The notes: generated from the letters alone by a model not told the origin. Positions 31,374 to 42,330 are shown, counted from the stretch's first letter. The stretch: 64,000 nt of DNA from Gammaproteobacteria bacterium (GCA_965222155.1 CBDCTH010000012.1:128001-192000); one strand, 5' to 3'. Numbers and translations are program-made.

Positions 31374-33412
31374 CCCGGCGTTCCACCAGGGTCATGACGT
31401 CATACAAGGCTACGGTTTTTTCCTCCTGGTTGATGATCTCCACTGCCCACCTGACTACTCCGGTAGCCCGGGTATCATCGGGACGCTTGTCTTTCTTTAT
31501 CTTTTGTTTAACCACGATTTTTACCCGGATCGTATCGCCGATACCCACGGGCTCGATGAAACGCAGGTTTTCCAGGCCGTAGTTGGCTAATACCGGCCCG
31601 GGCGCCGGATCCACGAACATACCGGCAGCCGCGGATATAAGGAAATACCCGTGCGCCACGCGTTTGCCGAACAATGATTCCGCCGCGGCAATTTTATCGA
31701 AATGGGCATAGAAGTGATCCCCGGTCAGGCAACCGAAATTGACGATATCCGCCTCGGTCACGGTACGCCGGTAGCTCTTGTGGGTTTCGCCGACCTGCAG
31801 TTCTTCAAAGTATTTACGGAAACGGGTGCACCTTGTCCGTTATCGGTGTCGCGCCCTGGTGATATTCACCGGTCAGGCGCATCAGCGTTGTCGGTGAACC
31901 TTGTATCGCCGTGCGTTGCATATAATGCTTGATGGCTCTTTCACCCCCCAGCTCTTCGCCACCACCGGCCCGACCCGGTCCGCCGTGGACCAGCGCCGGC
32001 AATGGGGAGCCATGGCCGGTGGATTCCGCCGCACAATCGCGATTGATGACCAGCAGGCGTCCATGCCAGGCGGCCGTATCAAGGATAAATTTTTTCGCTT
32101 CCACGTCATTACCGGTAAACACCGAACCGACCAGGCTGCCCCTGCCTTTTTTTGCCAGCAGGATAGCCTCGCCGATATCCCGGTAGGGCATGATCGTACT
32201 GACCGGGCCGAATGCTTCGACTGCATGGGGTTCGGCGGCAGTCAGGGGCTGGTCGCAATACAGCAGGGTAGAGGGGAAGAACGCGCCTTTATCTTTGTCT
32301 CCTCCCCGGATTTCGAACTCCCTGGCGCCACCGTAGAGGATTTCACAGGAACTGGCCAACCGGTTCACGTTTTCCCATACGTCCCGCATCTGGGCGCGCC
32401 CGACCAGGGGACCCATTTTAACGCCATCAATGGACGGGTCGCCGAGGGGGAACCTGTCCAGCCTTTGCTTCAGGGCGGCGACAACAGCCTCAACCCTGCC
32501 TGCGGGTACGATGGCCCGCCTGATAGCGGTGCATTTCTGGCCTGCCTTGACCGTCATCTCTTTCGCTACTTCCTTGATGAACAGTTCAAACTCGACGGAA
32601 TCCGGTTCAACCGTCTCTCCCAGTAGTGATAAATTCAGGGAATCCGCCTCCATGTTGAACGGGATGGAATTGGCAATCACGTTGGGGTGGGATTTCAGTT
32701 TCCTTCCGGTGGCGGCCGACCCGGTGAAGGTGACGACGTCCTGTTCCATCAGGTGCTCGAACAGGTCTCCGGTGCCGCCGCAGAGCAACTGGAACGCGCC
32801 TTCCGGCAGGAGCCCGGATTGCACGATTTCCCTGGCCATTTTCTCGGTCAGGTACGAGGAAACGGTGGCCGGTTTAACCAGCACCGGCATCCCTGCGCAC
32901 AAGCTGGGTGCGATCTTCTCCAGCATGCCCCAGCAGGGAAAATTAAAGGCATTGATATGAACGGCCACGCCTTCCCTGGGGACCAGTATATGGCGGCCGG
33001 TAAATGTCCCCTGTTTCGACAGGCGTTCCTGCTCGCCTTCCAGCAGGAACGTCTCATTGGGAAATTCACGCCGGACCAGGCTGCTGTAACTGAACAGCGT
33101 GCCGATACCGCCTTCTATATCAATCCAGCTATCTGCCCGGGTCGCCCCGGTCCAGCCTGATACCTGATAAAACTCGTCCTTATGCTCCAGCAGGTGTTGC
33201 GCCAGCGCTTTCAGGCGCAAGGCACGCTCGTGCAACGTCATCCTGCGTAACGCAGGACCGCCGACTTCCCTGGCATGACGCAGTGCCTCTTTGAAATCCA
33301 CCCCGTCACTGGAGACGTTCCCTATGAAATTGCCGTTGACGGCATTGACAACCTCTACGCCGTTACCTCGGCCGCTGATCCACTCACCGTTTACATAGCT
33401 TTGTATATTCAT
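31366..33412 (-). pseudogene. paaZ: bifunctional PaaZ (aldehyde dehydrogenase + MaoC hydratase) split by a frameshift near 31820
   Basis: ALDH part 31814-33412 (INAFNFPCWGMLEK, KAGQKCTAIRR) ends HPFP*; the shifted frame continues [13 protein letters not shown]...TEADIVNF to 31366. Confidence 0.88.
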
Positions 33413-33838
33413 GTCAATTCCTCACTGTTCAGATTATGCTGTTCCACCGGATTCCAGTGTCCTGTCTCACAAATAACAGGGAATAATTATATCCTCAATT
33501 TCGATTCAGCTCACTTCAGACGTCGGTGGGATGTTGTTGCGTGAATTGAACCAACAGCTTGACTTACTGCGTCAGGTTGCATGATGTTTCGTTGATTATC
33601 GATACCTGGGGAGGGTGGAACACTTGGTGACAGCGTGGGTAGCGCAACGCATCCGGCGGGACCGGCTGCGCGTCGGTTTCGTGAGTGTCGTTATCGTACC
33701 CGGCAGACATGGCGTTGCACTCGGCGGGTGGCAGGCAAGGCAGATCACCTGGAACGGCGCCAACCCGCGTTCCGTGGCGACCAACCTGGACCTGGCGACC
33801 GTCGGCGCACAATCCTTGTATATAGAATTTCCTGTCCC

Positions 33839-34258
33839 TTATTGATCACAATTCGAACCTGGTTGTTGACAACAAGCCCACCAGCGAGGATAATCATTAT
33901 ACTCATCACCCTGCTTCGAAATCAGCCTGTTGTTTGTTCTTTTTTGTCCGGGTTGGAGCGTAAATATATCGTCTGAGCTGCCGTCAATAACAACTCTTAC
34001 CCTCACCGCTTGAGGACAGTTATTCGTGGCTACATAACCCCCGGAACCAGGAGAGCAATCGGTCGTTTTGGGATGAGCGCAACGCTGGGCAAAGCCTATC
34101 CCTGGAAACCAAAGTTCATAACAAGACGGTGGTTCCCTGAATTGCTTGCGAATGCAATCAGCTGAACTCGTCCCTGCAAAAACCAGGGTAGCCAGGAAAG
34201 CCATGGAAAGAATAAAAGCTTTTTTGTACACACGTTCCGGTAAATAACGAGTCATCAT
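33839..34258 (-). CDS. secreted Cys-rich protein, paralog 1 (8 Cys)
   Basis: AAGGAGG RBS, signal peptide, clear similarity to 42748-43182. Confidence 0.85.
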   Translation of the reverse strand: MMTRYLPERVYKKAFILSMAFLATLVFAGTSSADCIRKQFREPPSCYELWFPGIGFAQRCAHPKTTDCSPGSGGYVATNNCPQAVRVRVVIDGSSDDIFTLQPGQKRTNNRLISKQGDEYNDYPRWWACCQQPGSNCDQ

Positions 34259-34747
34259 TTTCCCTCCTTTGTTACTTCATATACCTGTTACTTTATAGTA
34301 CTCATTATTAAGAGGATTTTCTTCAAAAGTCAAACTGTTTGTCAGGAACTGTTGACCCCAAATATCCCATAAGAGGACGGATTTGAAATCCGTCCCCGGA
34401 GAGTCACGCGCCTTACCAGGCAGACCTCGGGAACGTCGTTAATCCAGGGTAACTGGCTATTAATGAAAAGTCCTCTAAAAAAAACTACCGTTGTTTTCAC
34501 ATGAAAAATTTTCTATTGATTCGGTCGGCTGCTTTCCTGAACTTCATTACCGGGTTTGAAAGTATGATTTACGTGGACAAAACTTTGAAGGCAGTGAAAC
34601 TTAATTTATCCGAGGATCATACATCAAAGTCAGGAATGGAAAAATATCGGAGTCTTGATTGATCAGGCGTTTCCAGCCCGTCAGGGCACTAAACCGTCAA
34701 AGTCGGGAAAAAGGTAGGAAAAAAGGTATTGAACCAGGACAAAAAAT

Positions 34748-34778
34748 TTGACAGTGTCAATGCACCTTAATCTATAAT
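34748..34778 (+). promoter_or_regulatory. promoter-like TTGACA-N19-TATAAT with palindrome TTGACAGTGTCAA
   Basis: consensus hexamers 7 nt upstream of ATG 34786. Confidence 0.5.
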
Positions 34779-34785
34779 CAGTCTA

Positions 34786-35220
34786 ATGAGAATAAGCTAT
34801 CCCGCTCAAGCAATGGAGACAATCAGCATGAGCCCGACCTTGGCAAACGGGAAGGGGCTGTCTGTACCAGGTTCTTCTGACCGGTTTAACGGTGCCAGGC
34901 GGGTGATGCCGGCCTGCCGTATCCTGTCGCTGGTCCCGGTCTTCACGCTCGGCAGGCTGCCGGCGGAAGCCAATAATTCTACCCCCCCCCCCCCCCCCCC
35001 CAAATCAAGCTTTTTCAGCAGGTTAGAACACGCCGTCGGCATCATGCGCTGGTCTGTAACAGCGCATTTCAGCACCCATTCGCTGCTTTATAGAGGAGTC
35101 CACCAGTACGGTGGGGCGTACCTCAGCTTTCACATGACTTCCCCCTGTCAACCCAAAACATACAGGGTTTCTTTGTCCCTTGAGACCTGTAGTCTGATAA
35201 CAACGAGGAGAGCAGCATGA
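34786..35220 (+). CDS. putative leader ORF containing the C20 tract, coupled to the adhesin
   Basis: open through the poly-C; stop overlaps the adhesin start (ATGA 35217-35220). Confidence 0.4.
   Translation: MRISYPAQAMETISMSPTLANGKGLSVPGSSDRFNGARRVMPACRILSLVPVFTLGRLPAEANNSTPPPPPPKSSFFSRLEHAVGIMRWSVTAHFSTHSLLYRGVHQYGGAYLSFHMTSPCQPKTYRVSLSLETCSLITTRRAA
34982..35001. repeat. poly-C homopolymer, 20 nt
   Basis: direct read. Confidence 0.9.
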
Positions 35221-38200
35221 CTAGTCTAAAAGAAGACTCCCGCAGTATCACCACCCAGAATCTTGATGGCGCCTCCACCGACAGTAACCCCGGGGATACC
35301 GTCTACAGCTATGACCCCAACGCGGCCGGCGACCCGCACTTCACCGAGCGCACCGGCATTGCCAATCCTTTAGATGGCATTGATGCAGGTTATTATAACT
35401 GGCCAACCTTTGCCGACCTGGACGATGACGGCGACCTGGACCTGGTCGTGAATGCGTCCTACTACTACGAGAACACGGGCACCGGCAATCAGCCAGACTT
35501 CACAGAACGTACCGGCGATGACAATCCTCTGGATGACGTCAGGTGGTCGTCAAGTGGTCCTCCTTCTTTTGCTGACCTGGACAACGATGGCGACCTGGAC
35601 CTGGTCGTGGGTGAAGATGATGGCGCCCTGTACTACTACGAGAACACCGGCAGCCGCAGTCAGCCGGGCTTCACCGCGCGCACTGGCACTGCCAATCCCC
35701 TGGCTGGTATCGATGGGGGTGATGACAGTACCCCAACCTTTGCCGACCTGGACGATGACGGCGACCTGGACCTGGTCGTGGGTGAGGTGGACGGCGCCCT
35801 GCACTACTATGAGAATACAGGCAGCCGCAGTCAGCCGGACTTCACCGGGCACGCCGGTGCCGCCAATCCTTTGGAGGGCATCTATTTGGGTTATCCTAAT
35901 GAGGGTGCTGCGCGCTATTATCATAATAGCACGCCAACCTTTACCGACCTGGATGATGACGGTGACCTGGACCTGGTCGTGGGTGATAATCACGGTACCC
36001 TGCATTACTACGAAAACACAGGGACACGCAGCCAGCCGAGCTTCATAGAGCGCAACGGCGCCGCCAATCCATTGGATGGTCTTGATGTGGATGAGGGCGG
36101 AGTGTTGGTTTGGGTGGTTCCCGACGATAACAGCGCGCCAACCTTTGCCGACCTGGACGGCGACGGTGACCCGGACCTGGTCGTGGGTGAGCCGGGCGGC
36201 ACCCTGCACTACTATGAGAATACGGGGACACGCAATTATCTGAACCTTATAGCAGATGACTTTGCCAATCCAATGGGTGGTGTCGATGTGGGTTATTTCA
36301 GCGCACCAGCGCTTGCCGACCTGGACGACGACGGTGACCTGGACCTGGTCGTGGGTGATGTCGACGGCGCCCTGCACTACTATGAGAACACGGGCACCCG
36401 CAGTCAGCCAACCTTCACCGAGCGCCCCGTCACCGCCAATCCCCTGGCGGACGTCGCTGTGAATACTGCTGAAGACTATATTGCCGTGCCGAGCTTTGTT
36501 GACCTGGACGACGACGGCGACCTGGACCTGGTCGTGACTGAGAGGGATGGCACCCTGAATTACTTCGAGAATACCGGCACACCCAGTCAGCCAGACTTCA
36601 CGGAGCGCACCGGTGTCGACAGTCATTTTAATGGCATTGAGCCGCATAGGAGTAAATTTCCTGTCTTTGCCGATTTGGATGGCGACGGTGACCCCGACCT
36701 GCTCTTCAGTGCCGGGAAAGGGTACTCAGCAGAGGTAACCTACTACGAGAACACCGGTACACCCAGTCAGCCGAACTTCATAAGCCGCGGTGACAGCTGG
36801 GATGCCAATATCGGTAGCCTGTGGCTGTTGGATGAGGATTTTTTTGCCTTCGCTGACTTGGACGGCGATGGTGACCTGGACATAGCCGCCCGCTCTAATC
36901 GCTACTACGAGAACATCGGCACCCACAGTCAGCCGGACTTTAGAGGTCGGAATTCGAAGTCTGATTATCCCAATAATCCCTTGTACCTTCTTTCTATGAA
37001 TGATGATGAACCACTAATTTTTGGTGACCTGGACGACGACGGTGACCTGGACCTGGTCAGGGGTAATAATGATGGCACTATCCACTACTTCGAGAACACC
37101 GGTACTCCCAATCAGGCAACCTTCGTAAAACGCATCGGTGGCTCCCATCCCTTCGATGGTCCCCCCTTAGCGGGCGTCGAGATAGGGCTTTTGTATATAG
37201 AAAATCTAGAAGGTAGTAATCCTGATGAGAAATACAAGCTAAATCCTGCATCTCGTCAGATGCAGCCCAAGCCAGCCTTTGCCGACCTGGATAATGACGG
37301 CGACTTAGACCTGGCCTTGGGTGAGGAATACGGCACCCTGTACTACTACGAGAACACGGGCACACCCAGTCAACCAGACTTCATAAGGCGCGTCGATGGT
37401 GGCAATCCTTTGGTGGACATTGATGTGGATAGTTTCGATAGTGCTCCTGCCTTTGCCGACCTGGACGATGACGGCGACCTGGACCTGGTCGTGGGTGATT
37501 GGAATGGCAATAGACTACACTACTACAAGAACATCGGCACACCCAGTCAGCCGAACTTTGCAGAGACCACCGGCACTGGCAATCCCTTGGGTGGCGTCGA
37601 GGCGTATTGGCTCAGCACCCCGACCTTTGCCGACCTGGACAGCGACGGTGACCTGGACCTGGTTGTGGGTGAGGGGCACGGCAGGTTGTTCTACTACGAG
37701 AACACCGGCAGCCGCAGTCAGCCGGTCTTCACAGAGCGCGGCGGTGGTGCTGATCCGTTGTCTGATATTGAGGTGAGTGCGGACAGTACCCCAACCTTTG
37801 CCGACCTGGACAGCGACGGCGACCTGGACCTGGTCGTGGGTGAGAGGGACGGCTACCTGAATTACTTCGAGAACATCGGCAGCCGCAGTCAGCCGGACTT
37901 CGCAGGCCATATGCATAGCAGTGCTGTCAATCCCTTGGAGGGTATCGATGTGGGTCACTACAGCGCCCCAACCTTTGCCGACTTGGACAACGATGGCGAC
38001 CTGGACCTGGTCGTGGGTGAGTGGTACGGCCATTTGTACCACTTTGAGAACACCGGCAGCCGCACCGACGCGAGTTTCACCCCATTACGGCTAAGCCAAT
38101 CGGTCGCATTGACATTGCACGACACAGGTGGCAGTGACACGCTCGACCTGCGCACGGATACGGCTGACCAGCGAGTCGACTTGCGTCCTGAAGGCATCTC

Positions 38201-39581
38201 GGACGTCTACGGTCTGGTCGGCAGTCTGGTCATCGCCCGGGGGACGGTGATTGAACACTTCATCGCCGGGTCTGGCAATGACACAATCATCGGCAATGCG
38301 GCCGCGAATCACTTACAGGGACGCTCTGGTAATGACAGTCTTTGGGGCAGTAGTGGTGATGATGTACTGGAGGGAGACGCTGGCGCTGATCGGTTGGAGG
38401 GCGGCGCTGGTGTTGACCAGCTGTCTGGTGGTGCCGGTGTGGACACGGTGTCCTATCAGGGGTCGGATGCCGGGGTGACGGTGAAGTTACGGGAGGGTAC
38501 CGGCGAGCGAGGCCATGCCGAGGGAGATGTGATTGCTGGGGTGGAGAACGTGATTGGGTCTGATTACCGGGACGTACTGGGCGGTGATAGCGGCGCCAAC
38601 CACCTGGTTGGGGGTGCTGGCAACGATGGACTGTGGGGCAGCGGTGGTGATGACGTACTGGAGGGTGGCGCTGGCGCTGACCGGCTGGAAGGTGGCGCCG
38701 GTGTGGACACCGTGTCCTATCAGGGGTCGGATGCCGGGGTGGCGGTGAAGTTGCGGGAGGGTACCGGAAAAAGAGGCCATGCCGAGGGGGATGTGATCGC
38801 TGAGGTGGAGAACGTGATCGGCAGTGATTATAACGATACCCTGGTCGGCGACAGCCTTGACAACCTGCTCACCGGCAACGCCGGCAATGATCTCCTCTGG
38901 GGCAGCGCCGGCAATGACATATTAATCGGTGGGCCAGGCGCGGACCGCCTGGTTGGCAGCAGCGGGCATGACACGGCTTCCTATACACATTCCCCCACCG
39001 GTGTCACGGTGCGCCTGCACAGCCTCTCGGCCACGGGCGGCGATGCGACCGGTGATACCTTCCCTTACCGGGTTGACGTCGCCTGGACCGATAGTGACGG
39101 TGTTGAGCAGACCGAATCCCTGCCCGATGTCGAGCACCTGAGCGGCTCTGCCCACGACGACGTGCTGGCCGGGGACCGCCGGGATAACGTCATCGACGGT
39201 GGCGCCGGCCACGACACCCTGTACGGCGGCCCGGGTGGCGGCGATGACCGGCTGGACGGTGGGCCGGGCGACGACCGGCTCTACGGCGGGCAGGGGAGGG
39301 ACCGCCTCGCCGGCGCTGCGGGAGACGACCGGTTGGTGGGTGGCCCGGGCGCCGACGTGTTCGTGGTGGCCCCCGGGGAGGGGCAGGACACCGTGACGGA
39401 CTTCACCGACGGCGAAGACCGCATTGACCTGACGGCCTTCGGGCTGGCGGGCATTGATGACCTCACCGTCGCGACCACAACAGACGGTGTGGCGCTTGAC
39501 CTCACCGACAGTGGCGGTGGCACGATCCTGCTGGCGGACTTTGCTATGGCCAGCCTGGATGCGACGGACTTTATTGTTTGA
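35217..39581 (+). CDS. FG-GAP/VCBS-repeat protein with serralysin-like C-terminal domain and RTX Ca-binding repeats (type I secreted adhesin-like)
   Basis: 15 F.DLD.DGD.DL repeats; DTGGSDTLDL..IEHFIAGSGND; many GGxGxDxL nonamers; DTVTDF..DRIDL..DFIV terminus. Confidence 0.9.
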   Translation: MTSLKEDSRSITTQNLDGASTDSNPGDTVYSYDPNAAGDPHFTERTGIANPLDGIDAGYYNWPTFADLDDDGDLDLVVNASYYYENTGTGNQPDFTERTGDDNPLDDVRWSSSGPPSFADLDNDGDLDLVVGEDDGALYYYENTGSRSQPGFTARTGTANPLAGIDGGDDSTPTFADLDDDGDLDLVVGEVDGALHYYENTGSRSQPDFTGHAGAANPLEGIYLGYPNEGAARYYHNSTPTFTDLDDDGDLDLVVGDNHGTLHYYENTGTRSQPSFIERNGAANPLDGLDVDEGGVLVWVVPDDNSAPTFADLDGDGDPDLVVGEPGGTLHYYENTGTRNYLNLIADDFANPMGGVDVGYFSAPALADLDDDGDLDLVVGDVDGALHYYENTGTRSQPTFTERPVTANPLADVAVNTAEDYIAVPSFVDLDDDGDLDLVVTERDGTLNYFENTGTPSQPDFTERTGVDSHFNGIEPHRSKFPVFADLDGDGDPDLLFSAGKGYSAEVTYYENTGTPSQPNFISRGDSWDANIGSLWLLDEDFFAFADLDGDGDLDIAARSNRYYENIGTHSQPDFRGRNSKSDYPNNPLYLLSMNDDEPLIFGDLDDDGDLDLVRGNNDGTIHYFENTGTPNQATFVKRIGGSHPFDGPPLAGVEIGLLYIENLEGSNPDEKYKLNPASRQMQPKPAFADLDNDGDLDLALGEEYGTLYYYENTGTPSQPDFIRRVDGGNPLVDIDVDSFDSAPAFADLDDDGDLDLVVGDWNGNRLHYYKNIGTPSQPNFAETTGTGNPLGGVEAYWLSTPTFADLDSDGDLDLVVGEGHGRLFYYENTGSRSQPVFTERGGGADPLSDIEVSADSTPTFADLDSDGDLDLVVGERDGYLNYFENIGSRSQPDFAGHMHSSAVNPLEGIDVGHYSAPTFADLDNDGDLDLVVGEWYGHLYHFENTGSRTDASFTPLRLSQSVALTLHDTGGSDTLDLRTDTADQRVDLRPEGISDVYGLVGSLVIARGTVIEHFIAGSGNDTIIGNAAANHLQGRSGNDSLWGSSGDDVLEGDAGADRLEGGAGVDQLSGGAGVDTVSYQGSDAGVTVKLREGTGERGHAEGDVIAGVENVIGSDYRDVLGGDSGANHLVGGAGNDGLWGSGGDDVLEGGAGADRLEGGAGVDTVSYQGSDAGVAVKLREGTGKRGHAEGDVIAEVENVIGSDYNDTLVGDSLDNLLTGNAGNDLLWGSAGNDILIGGPGADRLVGSSGHDTASYTHSPTGVTVRLHSLSATGGDATGDTFPYRVDVAWTDSDGVEQTESLPDVEHLSGSAHDDVLAGDRRDNVIDGGAGHDTLYGGPGGGDDRLDGGPGDDRLYGGQGRDRLAGAAGDDRLVGGPGADVFVVAPGEGQDTVTDFTDGEDRIDLTAFGLAGIDDLTVATTTDGVALDLTDSGGGTILLADFAMASLDATDFIV

Positions 39582-39739
39582 TGGGATTTCGGTCCTTGGC
39601 TACACCATGCCGGAGTTCGCCCTGAAACAACAGCGTCTTCAGGGCAGGTTCTGAATTAGCGACACCAGATGTGATCAGGACAGATGCCGGATACTCGAAT
39701 TTATAGGGGCAGGAAGGCCATTTTTAAAGAAACAGGTAG

Positions 39740-40093
39740 ATGTACAGGTTCATTATTTTGATCATGTTTACAGCACTACTATTCGGGTGTGTATCAAGGA
39801 CTACTGTCGATGAAGCGGGGCGGGTCGTAGTACACAACTTTGGCTACGTCAGGATAATCAAGCCCCCTGTTTATCCGGCCGGTAAGACAATCAACGTAAC
39901 AGGGGCCAGGTTACTGGGTTTCAGCATCGGCGATGGCTTCACTATCGGCTACAAAGCGAATGAATACATACGCTTACCTTCCGATTGTCGGGTTCTCATA
40001 GTGGTAGAAGACGAACAGCAGTTGGATCATTTGTTTAACGAAATGTCGATAATTGCAGGAGAGGAAATATGCGCAGCAGTGTCACCAAAATAA
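39740..40093 (+). CDS. hypothetical lipoprotein
   Basis: lipobox LFGC after a hydrophobic signal. Confidence 0.75.
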   Translation: MYRFIILIMFTALLFGCVSRTTVDEAGRVVVHNFGYVRIIKPPVYPAGKTINVTGARLLGFSIGDGFTIGYKANEYIRLPSDCRVLIVVEDEQQLDHLFNEMSIIAGEEICAAVSPK

Positions 40094-40112
40094 CTCATTG
40101 AGACAGGCGTAG

Positions 40113-40865
40113 TTGTTATTGGCCGGGTGTGCAAGTACCCCAGAACATACCAACACGCTGTTGTTCGGCACAACCACAAAAGTTGCACTGGATGTTTCAA
40201 GCAGCCCGGTGGCGGGTGGAACGCCAAGTTTTACGTTGGGCTACAAAAGGCATGAGGGAGTTTTACTTCCGCTTCTTGCGAATAAAGAGACTAAGGAGGA
40301 ATCTGAACCCGCGGGCTGTACCGATGGTGGGAATGCTAGCTCTACTGATACTGGTTGTCTATTTATAGGCACAAGAGGTAAGGATACCTATTCTGTTCTG
40401 GCGAGTTTCGGTCTTAGATTTGGAAGTGGCTCCAAAACATCGAAGGGCGAATTAGCACAGTTTTTTGCAACAGGCATGGCCGCACAGAAATTAGCTGAAA
40501 AAGGCGGTGCACAGTTAGTCTCATCGACAGCGGATTTGCCAGATATAGATGCAAAGCCGCCCTCTGCAAAGGAAGCCCAAAAAGCCTATGAAATTATTAG
40601 TGAGTGTGTTTTTCCTAAAAACGGAGAGTCCGAGGAGAAAAAATTCATTGAGGAAAACTGGATAAAGATTGTGGTTCATTCATCTGTAGAAAATATACAG
40701 CTTCATATAGGAGTTACACTTAAAGATAACAAAAAAAAGGAAGATAGCTTAAGGGATTGGCTTAGTACTTTGAGGGCTGCAGAAGATACCGATATTATCA
40801 AGTTAGCTATCTCGGCAGAGATGGTATGCAATTCACAACAATCAACGGAGGCTAAAAATGACTAA
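40113..40865 (+). CDS. hypothetical lipoprotein-like protein, signal peptide apparently truncated
   Basis: LLAGC lipobox preceded in frame by TAG; low-GC 3' half. Confidence 0.6.
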   Translation: MLLAGCASTPEHTNTLLFGTTTKVALDVSSSPVAGGTPSFTLGYKRHEGVLLPLLANKETKEESEPAGCTDGGNASSTDTGCLFIGTRGKDTYSVLASFGLRFGSGSKTSKGELAQFFATGMAAQKLAEKGGAQLVSSTADLPDIDAKPPSAKEAQKAYEIISECVFPKNGESEEKKFIEENWIKIVVHSSVENIQLHIGVTLKDNKKKEDSLRDWLSTLRAAEDTDIIKLAISAEMVCNSQQSTEAKND

Positions 40866-41064
40866 TATTACTGTACATGTTTTTGACGAAGAGTCACAAG
40901 CTAAAGATAAGGAGACAACGTTGAAAGGACAAAATTACACCCTGGTTTGTGGGACTCCAAAGCAGGTCAATTTCGCATTCACGAAAAATGCAACAAACTG
41001 CACAGACACAAACTCGTATAATTTCAGCTGCCATTCGGTATGGGTTGTAATCGCGGAGAAATAA
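40858..41064 (+). CDS. small hypothetical protein
   Basis: GGAGG RBS, overlaps the upstream stop, low GC. Confidence 0.5.
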   Translation: MTNITVHVFDEESQAKDKETTLKGQNYTLVCGTPKQVNFAFTKNATNCTDTNSYNFSCHSVWVVIAEK

Positions 41065-41289
41065 ATCATAACAATTGCATCAACTCGTACTGGCCAAAGC
41101 TGTGCTGTTTCGCGTTGTAGCTTTGAACAATGAGTAGTAGTCAAAGCCGGTGCATAGTCAGATGGCCTGTTTGTGGTGTTGTGGAATTCCCAGGGCAGTG
41201 ACGAAAGGCTCATTCGCAAACCGGTAGGTGCCCTTCAATACTCTTCTCGAAAGTTCCTGCTACAGGCAGATGGGGGTTGTTTTTCCGCC

Positions 41290-41565
41290 TCTCTTTCATG
41301 CCAGTCAGCGGAGTACCTCGGAGCCGTGTTCGCCAGCTTTCGGCAAATCCTGCCGCAGTCCGGGTCGCTGCCCTTGCAGTTCCAATGGAATGGCCGGCAA
41401 CCGGGTTTTTTCGCCGTTCGAAGGGGTGATGTCCAATAGCCCTGAGGATTGCATCAGATACGGATCAGTGAACAGGTCCTCTGGTGTCACGATGGGGGCA
41501 AAAGGCAGGCCGGTATGTTCAAGCCAGGCTATTAACTCCTCTTTGCTGTAGGATTTAAATAGCGG
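41290..41565 (-). pseudogene. C-terminal fragment of a CaiB/BaiF CoA-transferase
   Basis: GLPFAPIVTPEDLFTDP..LPKAGEHGSEVL followed by stops; N-terminal part absent. Confidence 0.7.
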
Positions 41566-41921
41566 TTTGAATCAGATCGTGCATGATGGCGCTATCCAAA
41601 CATCATTAGAACCTATCCCAAAATTGTCTGAGCAGGATACCGATGGATACGAACTGGATGAATCCGAGAAAATTCTATGCGTAGTACTCCCATCGAGTGA
41701 GAAGACGACGCTGCCGCTTCATCCAGTGTGGCTGCTAACCTGTTGTCCGGAACAGGTGAAATGATCTCGGTGCAACTGTCAACCTTTGGGGTCCAATCGG
41801 GAAACAATTTGTCAAATGTATTCATTGGTTAGACCTACTTCTAATCGACTGCGATACTATCATCATTTGGACTTGGACCGGCGCAGCATCGAGTCATTGG
41901 ACAAGAGGCCTATGGCTGAAT

Positions 41922-42330
41922 TCAGGGCTGCCGCGCAAGAAAATCTTCAATTGATATGGCGACTGAAGGGAATGAGGCAAGGACTTTTTTGTCTTGAGTG
42001 ACCAGGGGACAATCAAGATATTCAGCGAGCGCAACTAATTCGCAATCATAAGATGAGCAAGCGCTTCTCTCCAGGTGGGTAAATACTTGTGAGGAAGCAA
42101 TATCAAATTCGTTGTTGAGCATAATGGATTCGGCAACCTCTTGTAGTTGTAATGCTTTTCCAGGAGTAATCAGTTTTTTCTTGAATAAAGCGCCAGAACA
42201 TTGCGAAATTTACTCTTCCAGAGAATGGGTGCCGCCCAGTGTGGATCAATCCGATATAGTTTATCTGCGAAATCGAGTGGGATGCAGGAAGCAACAAATA
42301 GGAAATAATATTTGTATCAGCGATAATCAC
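41922..42330 (-). pseudogene. PIN-domain toxin, frameshifted
   Basis: MIIADTNIISYLLL then a frame change; ..CSSYDCELVALAEYLDCPLVTQDKK. Confidence 0.8.

Noticed and set aside
33564-33845. Small ORFs including a CLACH (CxxCH) motif
   Set aside because: No signal peptide or convincing start; several overlapping frames are equally weak; probably a remnant
35400-38060. Diversity-generating retroelement acting on the FG-GAP repeats
   Set aside because: No reverse transcriptase, and differences between repeats include indels rather than adenine-specific substitutions
41567-41920. Fragmented plus-strand reading frames in the island
   Set aside because: Could be a pseudogene, but no family could be recognised
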